Of a stretch of 64,000 bases of DNA, positions 18,275 to 29,129 are shown in pieces. Each line of letters begins with the position of its first letter. The first letter of the stretch is position 1. The DNA lies in contig CAVRDX010000003.1 in assembly GCA_963719945.1 (NCBI GenBank), positions 294,173 to 358,172 on the forward strand. The letters are read 5' to 3'. The position numbers and the translations under genes are program-made. The notes under the pieces were generated by a model that did no database searches, was not told the DNA's origin, and was given only the letters and a program-made list of their open reading frames with translations. The DNA comes from an uncultured Thermoplasmata archaeon. GTDB taxonomy: Archaea > Thermoplasmatota > Thermoplasmata > UBA10834.

Positions 18275-19215
18275 CCTGGAAGGTGGAAAGCCAGAGGAAG
18301 CAGTATGGTCGGGCGCTCGTCGAGCTGGGCAAGGAGCGGAGCGACATCGTGGTGCTGGATGCAGACCTATCGAGCTCCACTAGGACCTCCGACTTCGCAG
18401 CGACATTCCCTGAGCGGTTCTTCAACGTAGGCATAGCCGAACAGAACATGATGGATACCGCAGCCGGTTTGGCAGCCTCCGGAAAGACCGTGTTCGCATC
18501 GACGTTCGCAGTGTTCGGCACCGGTCGATGCTACGACCAGATCAGACAATCCATCGCATATCCCCAGCTGAACATCAAGATCGTCGCATCACACGCTGGT
18601 ATCACAGTCGGCGGGGATGGAGCATCCCATCAGATAATCGAGGACATTGCCCTGATGAGAGTGCTACCGAACATGACTGTCATAGTTCCGGTCGATTCGA
18701 TGGAGACCTACAAGGTCATCAAGGCCATTGCGAAGACGAAGGGGCCTGTCTATGTCCGCATTGGCAGGGCCGACGTGCCAACACTCACAGACGAGGCGAC
18801 TCCTTTCGAGATGAACAACGCCTCAGTGATGCGTGACGGAGCGGATGTCACCCTCATCGGATGCGGGATCATGGTATCGAAATGCCTCGAAGCCGCCGAG
18901 GAGCTGGCCAAGCACGGGGTCGATGCCAGGGTGATAAACCTGCACACTATCAAACCCCTCGATGAGAAGACCATCGTCAAGGCCGCCAGGGAGACCGGTG
19001 GAGTGGTGACCGCTGAGGAGCATTCCGTCATGATGGGTATGGGTAGCGCGGTGGCGATGTGCCTCGTGGAGAACTTCCATGTGCCGATGAAGAGGGTCGG
19101 CATACCCGACACGTTCGGTGAATCGGGTGCATGTAACGAACTGATGGAGAAGTACGGCTTGACTGTGGAGCACATAGTCGAGGCGGCTCATGACGTTCTA
19201 AGGCGGAAGAAGTGA
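18271..19215 (+). CDS. Transketolase C-terminal subunit
   Basis: [36 protein letters not shown]. Confidence 0.95.
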   Translation: MTWKVESQRKQYGRALVELGKERSDIVVLDADLSSSTRTSDFAATFPERFFNVGIAEQNMMDTAAGLAASGKTVFASTFAVFGTGRCYDQIRQSIAYPQLNIKIVASHAGITVGGDGASHQIIEDIALMRVLPNMTVIVPVDSMETYKVIKAIAKTKGPVYVRIGRADVPTLTDEATPFEMNNASVMRDGADVTLIGCGIMVSKCLEAAEELAKHGVDARVINLHTIKPLDEKTIVKAARETGGVVTAEEHSVMMGMGSAVAMCLVENFHVPMKRVGIPDTFGESGACNELMEKYGLTVEHIVEAAHDVLRRKK

Positions 19216-19226
19216 GGTGTCCAGAA

Positions 19227-19874
19227 ATGAAGATATTCATAGATACGGCAAACCTTGAACACATCAAGGAAGTCAACAGCTGGGGGATACTGGACGGAGT
19301 GACGACCAACCCTTCCCTGATTGCGAAGGAGGGTTGTGACTTCAGGGAACGTGTCAATGCCATATGTGCCATAGTCGACGGTCCGATAAGCGCAGAAGCG
19401 ATCTCGATGGACGCATCGGGTATGATTGTCGAGGCAAGGGAACTCTCGAAGATACACAAGAACATCGTGGTGAAGATACCGATGACCTCCGAGGGCCTCA
19501 AGGCAGTCAAGGCGCTGTCGAAGGAAGGCATACGGACGAATGTCACACTGGTATTCTCTGCCAATCAGGCACTGCTCGCTTCGAAGGCGGGCGCGACCTA
19601 TGTCTCTCCTTTCGTCGGGCGCCTGGACGACATCAGCCACACCGGGATGGATCTGATCCGGGACATAGTCGAAATCTTCAGAATCTACGACTACGAGACA
19701 GAGGTCATTGCAGCCAGCATACGCCACCCGGTCCATGTGACGGAAGCCGCCCTGGCGGGTTGCGACATAGCCACAATCCCCTATGATGTCCTCAAGAAGA
19801 TGATCAAGCACAACCTGACCGACGAGGGTATCCAGAAGTTCCTCAAGGATTGGGAGACAGTTCCGAAGAAGTGA
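19227..19874 (+). CDS. tal: Transaldolase (TalC/Fsa type)
   Basis: [46 protein letters not shown]; follows the transketolase genes. Confidence 0.92.
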   Translation: MKIFIDTANLEHIKEVNSWGILDGVTTNPSLIAKEGCDFRERVNAICAIVDGPISAEAISMDASGMIVEARELSKIHKNIVVKIPMTSEGLKAVKALSKEGIRTNVTLVFSANQALLASKAGATYVSPFVGRLDDISHTGMDLIRDIVEIFRIYDYETEVIAASIRHPVHVTEAALAGCDIATIPYDVLKKMIKHNLTDEGIQKFLKDWETVPKK

Positions 19875-19889
19875 TCGAACACCCTCGGC

Positions 19890-20411
19890 TCATCCTATGT
19901 AGGGGTCGGTGCTAGACCGGTCGAAGCCATTTACCAGCTCGATCCGCGGCTCGACCTGAGGCTTCCACCCATAGACCGGATACACGAGTTTCGGTATGAA
20001 CTTCGAAAGGTCCGCTGCGAACTGCGTGACCGGATGCGTTGGCCCGAATGTCTTTTCGCTTATCTCATAGACCTTCGTCCTGGCCTCCATCTCGTCTATG
20101 ATCCCCAGTGTGTGCAGGTACTCGTGCAGCAAGATGTGGAACACATATGGTTTGTAGAGCGCAGGTTCCGTTTCCTCTATCCTTTTCAACGGTATGCTGT
20201 TCATCACGATTATGTTCGTAGCGACAGGATAGAACGCTCCGACGAACCCTTCGAGACCACCGCCTAGGTTCGCGAGGCCGAGCATCAACCCCCCTCGCTC
20301 CATGCCAGTGCTCCTTCTCACTACAGTCTTCACCAGTTCAAACAATTCTATGAGGTTGCGAGCCCCATCCAACTGCTCCCCGTACGAATAAGCCTTGTTC
20401 ACAATCATCAC
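19890..20411 (-). CDS. Hypothetical protein with HExxH (zincin-like) motif
   Basis: LLHEYLHTLG. Confidence 0.65.
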   Translation of the reverse strand: MMIVNKAYSYGEQLDGARNLIELFELVKTVVRRSTGMERGGLMLGLANLGGGLEGFVGAFYPVATNIIVMNSIPLKRIEETEPALYKPYVFHILLHEYLHTLGIIDEMEARTKVYEISEKTFGPTHPVTQFAADLSKFIPKLVYPVYGWKPQVEPRIELVNGFDRSSTDPYIG

Positions 20412-20501
20412 ATTGATTCATTTGAGGATATAATCCATGCGCCTTAAAAGCCTGAAACGAGTCGAAAATGCTGATATACATAGGATTGCTCTAGGCAATC
20501 T

Positions 20502-21662
20502 GTGCACTCTGAAGTGTTGATCATCGGTGCAGGCCCTACGGGTTCCACCGCAGCGGGATGCCTTGCGGGCCATCATGATGTGATGATATTCGAAGAGCAC
20601 GCCACACCAGGCCAGCCTGTCCAATGCGCTGGATTGATCACTCCCAGAGCGATGCCAGATTTCGCGAAGGCGTCTGTGATCAACAAGGTCCGGGGCGCCA
20701 AGATACATTCTCCTTTGGGGTTCACGCTCACCCTGGAGGCAAGGGACACAAAGGCGTTGGTCGTGGACAGGGCAAGGTTCGACGAGTGCCTCTTCCATAA
20801 TTCCATCGATCTTGGCGCGGAACCACTGACTGGCGCGAAGGTCCGGGCGGTCAAGGCGATGGATGGGCGCGTCCGCATCGAAGCCCTTGTCGAGAATGAT
20901 CGGCAGGAATTCGAGGGGAAGCTCCTGATCGGCTGTGACGGATACAGGTCCGTTGCGAGGTCTGCTGCCGGGCTTCCCGGGCCGAGGCACATGCTTTCAG
21001 GATTCCAAGTGGACCTCATCGGGGTGGAGCATGACCCTGATTTCGTCAACCTCTACCTAGGGAACAAGGTCGCACCGGGATTCTTCGCGTGGTCAATCCC
21101 TGCAGGGGACCGCGTAAGGGTAGGACTCTGTGTCTGGAAGAGTGATGATTCTCCCTCCGCCTATCTGAAGAAATTGCTATCAAGACCGGAATTCAAAGGG
21201 GGTAAGAAGGTATCGTCATCGGCGGGGAAGATACCTGTGGGGACAACCAAGACTGCTATGTCCGGGAACATATTATTGGCCGGGGATGCAGCATGCCATG
21301 CGAAGCCTCTATCCGGAGGCGGAGTCTTCACTGGAATCCGTGGCGCGCAGCTGGCGTCGGAATGCGCCAGCAGATACCTCGACACGATGGACGCGGGCGA
21401 GTTGTGGAAGTACGACCGCATGTGGAAGGATGATTTCGGGAAAGAACTTGCGAGGGCATTCCGGATCAGGAAGATCTTCGTATCTCTTACTGACAAGAAG
21501 ATGGACCGCGCGCTCAGGATGTTCGACGATCCGGAGATACTGTCTCTGATTAGGGACCGAGGGGACATCGACTATCCTGCGTCACTTACGCCCTATGTGC
21601 TTAAGCTTGCTCCCAAGCTCGCGCATTTTTCCCCTCAGCTTATAGAATCTCTTCTCAAGTGA
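20502..21662 (+). CDS. Geranylgeranyl reductase family flavoprotein
   Basis: GAGPTG, PVQCAGL, DRARFD, PGFFAWSIP, GDAA, PLSGGG. Confidence 0.9.
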   Translation: MHSEVLIIGAGPTGSTAAGCLAGHHDVMIFEEHATPGQPVQCAGLITPRAMPDFAKASVINKVRGAKIHSPLGFTLTLEARDTKALVVDRARFDECLFHNSIDLGAEPLTGAKVRAVKAMDGRVRIEALVENDRQEFEGKLLIGCDGYRSVARSAAGLPGPRHMLSGFQVDLIGVEHDPDFVNLYLGNKVAPGFFAWSIPAGDRVRVGLCVWKSDDSPSAYLKKLLSRPEFKGGKKVSSSAGKIPVGTTKTAMSGNILLAGDAACHAKPLSGGGVFTGIRGAQLASECASRYLDTMDAGELWKYDRMWKDDFGKELARAFRIRKIFVSLTDKKMDRALRMFDDPEILSLIRDRGDIDYPASLTPYVLKLAPKLAHFSPQLIESLLK

Positions 21663-22394
21663 CGGGTATTTGCCTGGGTTATCTAACACGAAATAGTATA
21701 GCGCCCCGAATCCGAGGACGCACGAAGCACCTATCAGCAAGACCAATGGCCATCTAGGGATAGGGATCTTGATTCCGAAGGAAGAGTCAGGTATGAGTCC
21801 ATCGATTCCCAGCGACTCCATGTAAGTCATGTTGACTATGCTTTCGCCGGGATCGAATGAGACGAGGTTGTCCCATTCCTCCTGCGAGAAGTAGCCTCTG
21901 GATTGAAGGATCACTGGGGTCGAGTTACCCTCAAAGAGGAATGATAGTTTCAGCCTGATGAAATATGTCGCCTGAGAGAAATATGAGCCATGAGGCGTGT
22001 TCTTTCCCACTGCTATATCGAGTTCTATCCTCTCGGTCTCGCCAATGCCCAATTCATCGATGATGACAGATGTTTCTATGTCCCCGTTCTCGAAGCAAGG
22101 AGGCGATTCGAAGTCCTCGTCGACGTCGACGACCTCCTCCTGGGTAGCATATCGGTAGATTCCGATGGTCAAATTGACCTGAGTCATGACTGCCACGACG
22201 TCATCGTAAGGATTTGTCAGATTGAATGAGAAGACAAACGTGTCTCCGGGAGCCACGGTCGGTGTGGAGAAACCCGAGAAGATGTTATTGGCATACTGCG
22301 GGCTACCTGGCCGGTCTATGTCCGCGGTTGTCATGCTGGGCAGGGCGATGATGAGTACCATGATGATGGATAACGCCCCGCAGATTACTCTCAT
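21582..22394 (-). CDS. Secreted, C-terminally anchored hypothetical surface protein
   Basis: Signal-like N-terminus, beta-rich middle, C-terminal TM helix and basic tail. Confidence 0.7.
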   Translation of the reverse strand: MRVICGALSIIMVLIIALPSMTTADIDRPGSPQYANNIFSGFSTPTVAPGDTFVFSFNLTNPYDDVVAVMTQVNLTIGIYRYATQEEVVDVDEDFESPPCFENGDIETSVIIDELGIGETERIELDIAVGKNTPHGSYFSQATYFIRLKLSFLFEGNSTPVILQSRGYFSQEEWDNLVSFDPGESIVNMTYMESLGIDGLIPDSSFGIKIPIPRWPLVLLIGASCVLGFGALYYFVLDNPGKYPSLEKRFYKLRGKMRELGSKLKHIGRK

Positions 22395-22490
22395 TTCAAG
22401 TTGGGAAGTCCGAATCCGACTATATCGTTTTCGGTCTTCCCATGGACCAGGGAAAGAGTAATTACCTGCTCCAATATTGACTCAGACGTG

Positions 22491-23516
22491 ATGGGCGTAA
22501 GAGTACCCAAGGGATCGGCAGAGGCTCTTCGACTAAAACTGACGCGCTCCGGCCTCGTGGACAAGCGTTCGCTCATAATCGAGAAGGACGATTTCGTGGT
22601 CATTCCCGTGCTGGCGGAGCCAGATGAAGAACTGCTTGCTCGCCATTGCGCACAGATGACTACGTCGGATTTTCCACCGGGGAAGAGTAGGGTGGATCCA
22701 ATCGAGACGATACGCAAGGAAGCCAAAGTCCCAGATGCACTCAGGGACCTGTTGCCAGATAAATGGGAGCAGTTTGGAGATATCGCCGTTATTCGGCTCC
22801 CGAAAGCCCTGGATGATCACGAATCATCGGTCGGTGACATATATGCGCGGGTCCTGGGCGTCAAGGCGGTGCTCAGAGACACTGGTGGGGTGACTGGCAT
22901 GTTCCGGATGCCTGTCGTGAAGACGATCCACGGATCGGATACGGTCACCATTCACAAGGAGAACGGTATACTCTACAAATTCGATGCTGCCAGGTTGATG
23001 TTCTCATCAGGCAACGTCGAAGAGCGGCTGAGGATGTCTGAGGTCTTGTGCGACGGCGAGACGATCGTGGACATGTTCGCAGGGATAGGATATTTCTCGC
23101 TGCCTTTGGCAGTCAATCAGCGGCCGAAGAAGATAATATCGTGCGAGTTGAACGAGATATCCCATTCTTATCTCCTGGAGAACATACGTTTGAACGATGT
23201 CGAGGGGATCATCGAGCCGATCCTCGGGGATAATAGAGAACTTCCTGGAGACGCCTTCGCAGACCGTGTGATCATGGGCTATGTCAAAACCACTCACGAA
23301 TTCCTTCCCACTGCGATGCGACTCGTCAAAGATGGTGGCATGATACATTACCACGAAACATGTCCGAACGAGCTTCTACCTGACAGACCTGTCCAGCGGC
23401 TGAGAAGTGCTGCCCGGAACCATAGGGTCGAGGTCCTCAGGTTCAAGGAAATAAAATCGTATTCTCCAGGCGTCAGTCATGTGGTAATCGATGCTCGGGT
23501 GGTCAAATCCTCTTGA
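22491..23516 (+). CDS. Trm5/Taw2 family SAM-dependent tRNA-modifying enzyme
   Basis: GDIAVI, HKENG, MFSSGNVEER, DMFAGIGYF, DRVIMGY (MGY suggests Taw2-like). Confidence 0.88.
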   Translation: MGVRVPKGSAEALRLKLTRSGLVDKRSLIIEKDDFVVIPVLAEPDEELLARHCAQMTTSDFPPGKSRVDPIETIRKEAKVPDALRDLLPDKWEQFGDIAVIRLPKALDDHESSVGDIYARVLGVKAVLRDTGGVTGMFRMPVVKTIHGSDTVTIHKENGILYKFDAARLMFSSGNVEERLRMSEVLCDGETIVDMFAGIGYFSLPLAVNQRPKKIISCELNEISHSYLLENIRLNDVEGIIEPILGDNRELPGDAFADRVIMGYVKTTHEFLPTAMRLVKDGGMIHYHETCPNELLPDRPVQRLRSAARNHRVEVLRFKEIKSYSPGVSHVVIDARVVKSS

Positions 23517-25074
23517 GCTCTTCCGTGCTTCCAGCTTCCTTCACGAATCTGGCGAATGCCTCATGATGTTCTTGGATGCCGTCGCTTCTCAAGAGTTTGT
23601 CTGCGAATCCGGATAGATGCTTGCCGAACTCAAGCTCCTCGTTTGTGAACTTCCATGATTTGGTCGATATGCCCATCGCAAGGTAGAATGCGTGTGCGAT
23701 TGAGCGCATGCGATGATCGTTAGAGGTGTCTGAGTCGAGGACCGCGTTCGCACCCGCGCCTCCCTTTGTCTTGTACGCTCTTGTGACATCATCCGTGAAT
23801 TTCGCGTATTGTGACAGCTTTTCATATGATGGTATCTGGGAATTGACCTCATCATGCTCGGCCTTCTTGATGGCCTGCCTGATGAGCTTCATCGGGGACG
23901 CCACCGTCTCATCGTCGTCCTTGTATAGCTTGTTCGCGATCTTATCTGGCACAACTGCCTTGAGTGCATTCAGACCGTGCTCTGACCAATATCTTGAAAG
24001 GAGGCTGTTGACGGTAGTGCCTGGAGCGACGATCACTGGATGGGCGATATCCTTCATCAAACCCTTGAGCGAATCCGCCTCGACGTCATCATCAGTCATC
24101 TCAGCAACAAATAGATCAACATCCTGCCCGAAGCATTTGGACCCGATGATGTACATCCTCTCGCTTCTCTTCTCGATGATATCACGGACATTGTCCATAT
24201 GACTCTCCAGGAACTCCTTGTCACCTATCTGCCCCGATGAGTATTTGTCGAGCAGGTCATTGTCGATCCCTTCGAACAACACGTCCTCGAGCCCTTCGTT
24301 TCCAGACAGTACCTTGACAGGCCGCCTTATCGTTATATCGAATTCGTGGAGTATGTTCGGTACGGCCATGCCCTCGGAGAGCACTTTCAGAGTGTTCTTG
24401 TTCTTCGCACCGCATTGAGCGCAGACCAAGACCTTTGACTTCGAGTTAATGAACCCGAACTCGATCCGATCGGTCTCGCTTGAGATGTGTGGACATAGAT
24501 ACGATTCAGCTTCCTGCTTGGTAGCACCGACAGCTCGTGCTGCGCCTTCTATGTACTCCTCTGGTGGGTTCGAATCCTTGCCTGTGCATATGAATTCATC
24601 ATCGTAAGAGTAGAAATGCAGCCCCTTCTTCTTCACGAGGTTGACCACTGAGAGGACACGCCACTTCGGCGAATCGTAGTTCTGCACCCCTATCAGCATC
24701 TCCTTGCTGGTGCGGCCTCTCAGGGCGAACATCACTGTTCCGGCGGGATACTTGGCGGATGCTAGGTACGGGGCCTTCTCCTCGTGGACAAGACCGATGG
24801 TCGCCGCACAGGCACGCGCCAGTCTATCGCCTTTCTTGGCCAATTTCGCTAGCTTGACGGGGTCGTCTTTGAACTTTGCGACTCGCTCGAGGTGAACCCT
24901 GGTCTTCTTGAACTGGCAGGAACCACATGGATGCGCGCATTCTGGCAGGATGACTTTCGGGTCATCCATGATGACCCTGGCCTTATCTATCAGATCCTTC
25001 TCTCTGACCTTGGAGGCTATTCGGGCGTTCACCCTCATGCGCATGTTCTTGTTTCGCTTCATTTGAGTGGACAT
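23503..25074 (-). CDS. Hypothetical protein with Cys clusters
   Basis: 523-aa ORF; CAHPCGSC, CPH and CAQC motifs. Confidence 0.75.
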   Translation of the reverse strand: MSTQMKRNKNMRMRVNARIASKVREKDLIDKARVIMDDPKVILPECAHPCGSCQFKKTRVHLERVAKFKDDPVKLAKLAKKGDRLARACAATIGLVHEEKAPYLASAKYPAGTVMFALRGRTSKEMLIGVQNYDSPKWRVLSVVNLVKKKGLHFYSYDDEFICTGKDSNPPEEYIEGAARAVGATKQEAESYLCPHISSETDRIEFGFINSKSKVLVCAQCGAKNKNTLKVLSEGMAVPNILHEFDITIRRPVKVLSGNEGLEDVLFEGIDNDLLDKYSSGQIGDKEFLESHMDNVRDIIEKRSERMYIIGSKCFGQDVDLFVAEMTDDDVEADSLKGLMKDIAHPVIVAPGTTVNSLLSRYWSEHGLNALKAVVPDKIANKLYKDDDETVASPMKLIRQAIKKAEHDEVNSQIPSYEKLSQYAKFTDDVTRAYKTKGGAGANAVLDSDTSNDHRMRSIAHAFYLAMGISTKSWKFTNEELEFGKHLSGFADKLLRSDGIQEHHEAFARFVKEAGSTEELKRI

Positions 25075-25193
25075 GATAACTACCTCTGGTACAAGGTTTT
25101 TGCCCTCGAATCCTTCTCACCAGCCAGTCGTCAAGAAAAGATTATTAGTTCACCCACCCCATAAGGACATCAGCCGGGATGTGGATGAACTAG

Positions 25194-25922
25194 ATGTCTC
25201 AAGAAGAGGATTATGCCCGAGGATTCCTCAAAGGGTTCGAGGAAGGCCTACGGGATGCATGGGAAGAGATCATCAAGCTCTCTACCAAAGGATATACATC
25301 CAGAGAACTCCAGATCATGGCAAAGACGAAGAAATCGATGATGTTCCAGAGAGTACAGCTGAAGAAGGATGAACTGGAACGCATCCTTGGCAAGACGTTG
25401 GATTTGCCAGATATACCGTCCGAGGCTGCTAGGAAAGACCGTGTGGAACTGATGCCTGGCTGGAGCTATGTGGTGAAAGAGGAACGACCCGACAAGAGCT
25501 TCGCGCTGTTCTCTTCCCTCGTATCCTCCGGTGCCAGAGGCCTCTGCATATCCAGAGCCCATCCTGACATGCTCAAGCAGAAGTACGGCTTCGATGCGAA
25601 CGTGATATGGCTCACAAAGACGGAGACCCCTCAAAAATCGTCCGACCCGAAGGGCGTCGAATTCGTCTCTCCCAACAACCTGGCACACCTGGCATCATCA
25701 ATACGGGAGTTCCTCTCCAAAGGTGAGAACGGTGCCGTCATAATCGAGGGCCTGGAATACCTCAACACCCAGAACGATTTCAAGAGCGTGCTCAAGTTCG
25801 TGCAACTGATCAATGAGCAGATCGTATTGGACAAAGGCTTCCTGTTCGTGCCCGTGGACCCGGCGACTATGGACCAGAAGGACTTCTCCCTCATCGAGCG
25901 TGAGATGAGTCAGGTCATCTGA
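25194..25922 (+). CDS. DUF835 domain protein
   Basis: GLCISRAHP, IWLT, IEGLEYL, NDFKSVLKF, SLIERE. Confidence 0.85.
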   Translation: MSQEEDYARGFLKGFEEGLRDAWEEIIKLSTKGYTSRELQIMAKTKKSMMFQRVQLKKDELERILGKTLDLPDIPSEAARKDRVELMPGWSYVVKEERPDKSFALFSSLVSSGARGLCISRAHPDMLKQKYGFDANVIWLTKTETPQKSSDPKGVEFVSPNNLAHLASSIREFLSKGENGAVIIEGLEYLNTQNDFKSVLKFVQLINEQIVLDKGFLFVPVDPATMDQKDFSLIEREMSQVI

Positions 25923-26062
25923 ATTCTCAACGACTCGATCGATGCCACCGTAACATATTCCACAACCTCTTCGTCATTCGTTGATTGCGTCGAAGTGATG
26001 ACCCGGATTTGGGGAAAACGATAATACGGTGACTGCGGATGGATGGGTCAGAGGATGATGGC

Positions 26063-26722
26063 ATGACTTGTCTTGATGAATCGACTAGAGGCATACCTCT
26101 GCTGGGCGAGATGTTTCCTGAGATGGAAGTGCAGACGACGCATGGCAAGATGACCCTTCCCAGAGCGTTCGCAGGGAAATGGTTCGTATTGTTCAGCCAC
26201 CCCGGTGATTTCACGCCCGTATGTACCACCGAGTTCGTCGCCTTCGCGAAGATGCACGAGGCGTTCAGGAAGGTGAATTGCGAACTGATAGGCCTTTCGA
26301 TAGACCAGGTGTTCTCGCACATAAAATGGGTAGAGTGGATAAAGGAGAAGCTGGGAGTGGAGGTCACGTTCCCTGTGATCGCTGACGGCGCAGCCAACGT
26401 CGCAAAGATGTTGGGCATGATCCATCCTGGCAAGGGCACGAACACTGTGAGGGCGGTGTTCTTCGTGGATCCTGACGGCAAGATACGGTTGATGATGTAC
26501 TACCCGCAGGAGATCGGCAGGAACATGGATGAGATACTCAGGGCCGTAACGGCCCTGAAGATGTCAGATGAGAACAAGGTCGCGATGCCTGCCAACTGGC
26601 CAAAGAACGATTTCCTGGGCGACAAGGTGATAATACCCCCCGCCACAGATGAGAAGACTGCAAAAGAGCGTCTGTCGAAGTTCGACTGCTATGATTGGTG
26701 GTTCTGCACCAAGAAACTGTGA
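26063..26722 (+). CDS. Peroxiredoxin (Prx6 type)
   Basis: [36 protein letters not shown]. Confidence 0.93.
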   Translation: MTCLDESTRGIPLLGEMFPEMEVQTTHGKMTLPRAFAGKWFVLFSHPGDFTPVCTTEFVAFAKMHEAFRKVNCELIGLSIDQVFSHIKWVEWIKEKLGVEVTFPVIADGAANVAKMLGMIHPGKGTNTVRAVFFVDPDGKIRLMMYYPQEIGRNMDEILRAVTALKMSDENKVAMPANWPKNDFLGDKVIIPPATDEKTAKERLSKFDCYDWWFCTKKL

Positions 26723-26790
26723 TGCTCTGTCCTTCAAACCCCTTGAGATTTCCTATTCTTGGAAAAGATGCTGCCGAGATTGATGGACCA

Positions 26791-26868
26791 TGGTGCTCCC
26801 GCCGGGATTTGAACCCGGGTGACCAGCTCGAAAGGCTGGGATGATTGACCGGACTACACCACGGGAGC
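26791..26868 (-). tRNA. tRNA-Glu(TTC)
   Basis: Reverse complement GCTCCCG..CCAGC-CT-TTC-GA-GCTGG..GGTTCAAATCC..CGGGAGC-A-CCA. Confidence 0.95.
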
Positions 26869-26996
26869 AGCTGTGTAGGCTCGTAGTCCGGGCCTATGGA
26901 CTGTCCATATTTAATGCTTGTCGGGATCAGGCTGACCCTGCCACAGGCCCGGCGCGAGATAAAGCTTAAGGCGACCTCTGCGGATTGCCCCCTCAG

Positions 26997-27689
26997 ATGG
27001 ACAAGTCTGGTAAAGACAAGATGAGTGTAGCGGAGGTTACCCGCAAGTACATCGACAGGCACCCGAGCATTAGGGACTGCATCAGCAAGGACCTGATCAA
27101 CTTCTCGTCCCTATCGAGGCTCATAATGAAAGATATGGGTGTGACCCACGAGGAGGCGGTCCTCGCAGCCAGCAGGCGCTATGCAGCCAAGCTGGCCAGG
27201 AGCGATTGCGAGGGCGACATCATGCGAGTGTTCGAGGAGAGCCGCCTGGAACTCAAGACCCGCATATGCATAGTCGTGGCGAAGAACGAGTGGATCGTTC
27301 TCAAGAATCTCGAGGAGATCGTGCGCAAGATCCTGTCGGACAAGAGCACCATGCAGGTCCTCCAGGGCACCAATGCGATAACCGTGATATCTGAGGACAA
27401 ATTCCTGCCGAGCATCGTGAGGGCGATTGGGGAGGACCATATCGTCACGATCAAACAGAATATCGCGGAGATCACCGTCAAGAGCCCAGCGAGGATCGAG
27501 GAGACGAAGGGTGCCTTCTCATACCTCGTCTCAATGCTATCTGAACAGGGGATCAATTTGTTCGAAGCGGTGAGCTGCTATACAGATACGATCTTCATCG
27601 TTAGCAGAGAGGACATGATGCTGGCGTTCGATGTGCTGTCAGCATGCATCGAGGACAGGATCGTGCCGGAGAACAATTCGCACAGATGA
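26997..27689 (+). CDS. ACT-domain-containing protein
   Basis: N-terminal HPSIRDC..INFSSLSR; C-terminal ACT-like LSEQGINL..SCYTDTIFIV. Confidence 0.82.
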   Translation: MDKSGKDKMSVAEVTRKYIDRHPSIRDCISKDLINFSSLSRLIMKDMGVTHEEAVLAASRRYAAKLARSDCEGDIMRVFEESRLELKTRICIVVAKNEWIVLKNLEEIVRKILSDKSTMQVLQGTNAITVISEDKFLPSIVRAIGEDHIVTIKQNIAEITVKSPARIEETKGAFSYLVSMLSEQGINLFEAVSCYTDTIFIVSREDMMLAFDVLSACIEDRIVPENNSHR

Positions 27690-29129
27690 TCAATTATCGA
27701 GAAGAGCGTTGACGGCTCCTATCTGCACAGTGAGCCTTTGTATGATCTTCCTGGTCGAGTTCAGACGTTTCTCTGCCATCTTCAATTGATTCCCTACCGC
27801 CCTGCTGCCGGTTCCGCCGCTGCATTCGCGTCTTGAGATCGATAGTTCAGGTTTGAGGAATGCCAGCTCCTTTGGCTTCAACCCTTTCACTATCTTTGGG
27901 AGCTTCTCCTCGGCCAATCTCAAGAACTCACCCATATCGCCTCTTGCCTCTGTCGCTATCTCGCGCACGATTCCATGTGCTTTCCTGAAAGGTATCCCTC
28001 TTGTTGTGAGGAAATCGGCGAGGTCGGTCGCGGTCATCAACCCGGCCTCTGCCGATTCCCTCATCCTCACCTGGTCAATTTCCATCTCTCCCAGGAAGGC
28101 TGTGAGGGCATGGAGCGAGGCCCCAACGGTGTCGAAAACATCGAAGAGGTTCTCCTTATCTTCCTGGAGGTCGCGGTTGTACGCGAGGGGAAGAGATTTG
28201 AGTACGGTGAGGATCGCGACGAGGTGACCGACGGTTCTGCCTGCCTTGCCTCTGATCAGTTCCGGTATGTCTGGGTTCAGTTTCTGAGGCATCATGCTCG
28301 AACCGCTCGCCAACTCTTTTGGCAGTCGTACGAAGGCAAACTCCTGCGATGACCATAGCACGAGCTCTTCGCACAAGGATGAGAGATGGATCATCAGCAT
28401 CGAAAGGGCGAACGCACTCTCCGCAACGAAATCCCTGTCCGATACGGCGTCTAGGGAGTTCTCGGTGATGCCGTCCATCATCAGCAATCGTGACGCGACC
28501 GTCCTATCTATCCCGAACGAGGTCCCCGCAAGAGCGCCAGACCCAAGAGGAGACACATTCGTCCTGTGATAGCAGTCGACGATCCTATCACAATCGCGTC
28601 CGAGTCGCCAGAAATGTGCCATGAAGTGATGCGCCAACAACACGGGTTGGGCATGCTGCATGTGAGTGTAACCAGGCATGATCGTGCCCTTGTTCTCTTG
28701 TGCTTTGAGGATCAAGACCTTCTGCAACGAGAGCACTTCGGAGAGCACTGCAACCATGGTCTCTCGGGCCATCAGCCTCGTATCGAGGGCCACCTGGTCG
28801 TTCCTGCTCCTGCCGGTATGAAGCTTCGCGCCTGCTTCCCCGATTCTCTCAGTCAGCAGATGCTCTATGTTCATATGGATGTCCTCGAGTCCGGGGTCGA
28901 ACGAGACCTTCCCGTTCCGGATATCCTTGGCCAGATTCTTCAGTGCGGAGATGATGCGGTCCCTCTCCTTCTTCGTCAGGACCGCGGCCTCGAAGAGGCC
29001 GTGGACGTGGGCGATGCTACCCGCTATGTCATATCTCCAGAGCCTTCCATCGTACCTGACAGAGGCTGTGAATTCTAGGAATTCATCACTTACACACGGG
29101 GATGCATTCCTGGTTGACCGCGCATTCAC
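27690..29129 (-). CDS. argH: Argininosuccinate lyase
   Basis: EDIHMNIE, HTGRSRNDQ, PGYTHMQHAQP, GSSMMPQK, YNRDLQEDK. Confidence 0.96.
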   Translation of the reverse strand: MNARSTRNASPCVSDEFLEFTASVRYDGRLWRYDIAGSIAHVHGLFEAAVLTKKERDRIISALKNLAKDIRNGKVSFDPGLEDIHMNIEHLLTERIGEAGAKLHTGRSRNDQVALDTRLMARETMVAVLSEVLSLQKVLILKAQENKGTIMPGYTHMQHAQPVLLAHHFMAHFWRLGRDCDRIVDCYHRTNVSPLGSGALAGTSFGIDRTVASRLLMMDGITENSLDAVSDRDFVAESAFALSMLMIHLSSLCEELVLWSSQEFAFVRLPKELASGSSMMPQKLNPDIPELIRGKAGRTVGHLVAILTVLKSLPLAYNRDLQEDKENLFDVFDTVGASLHALTAFLGEMEIDQVRMRESAEAGLMTATDLADFLTTRGIPFRKAHGIVREIATEARGDMGEFLRLAEEKLPKIVKGLKPKELAFLKPELSISRRECSGGTGSRAVGNQLKMAEKRLNSTRKIIQRLTVQIGAVNALLDN

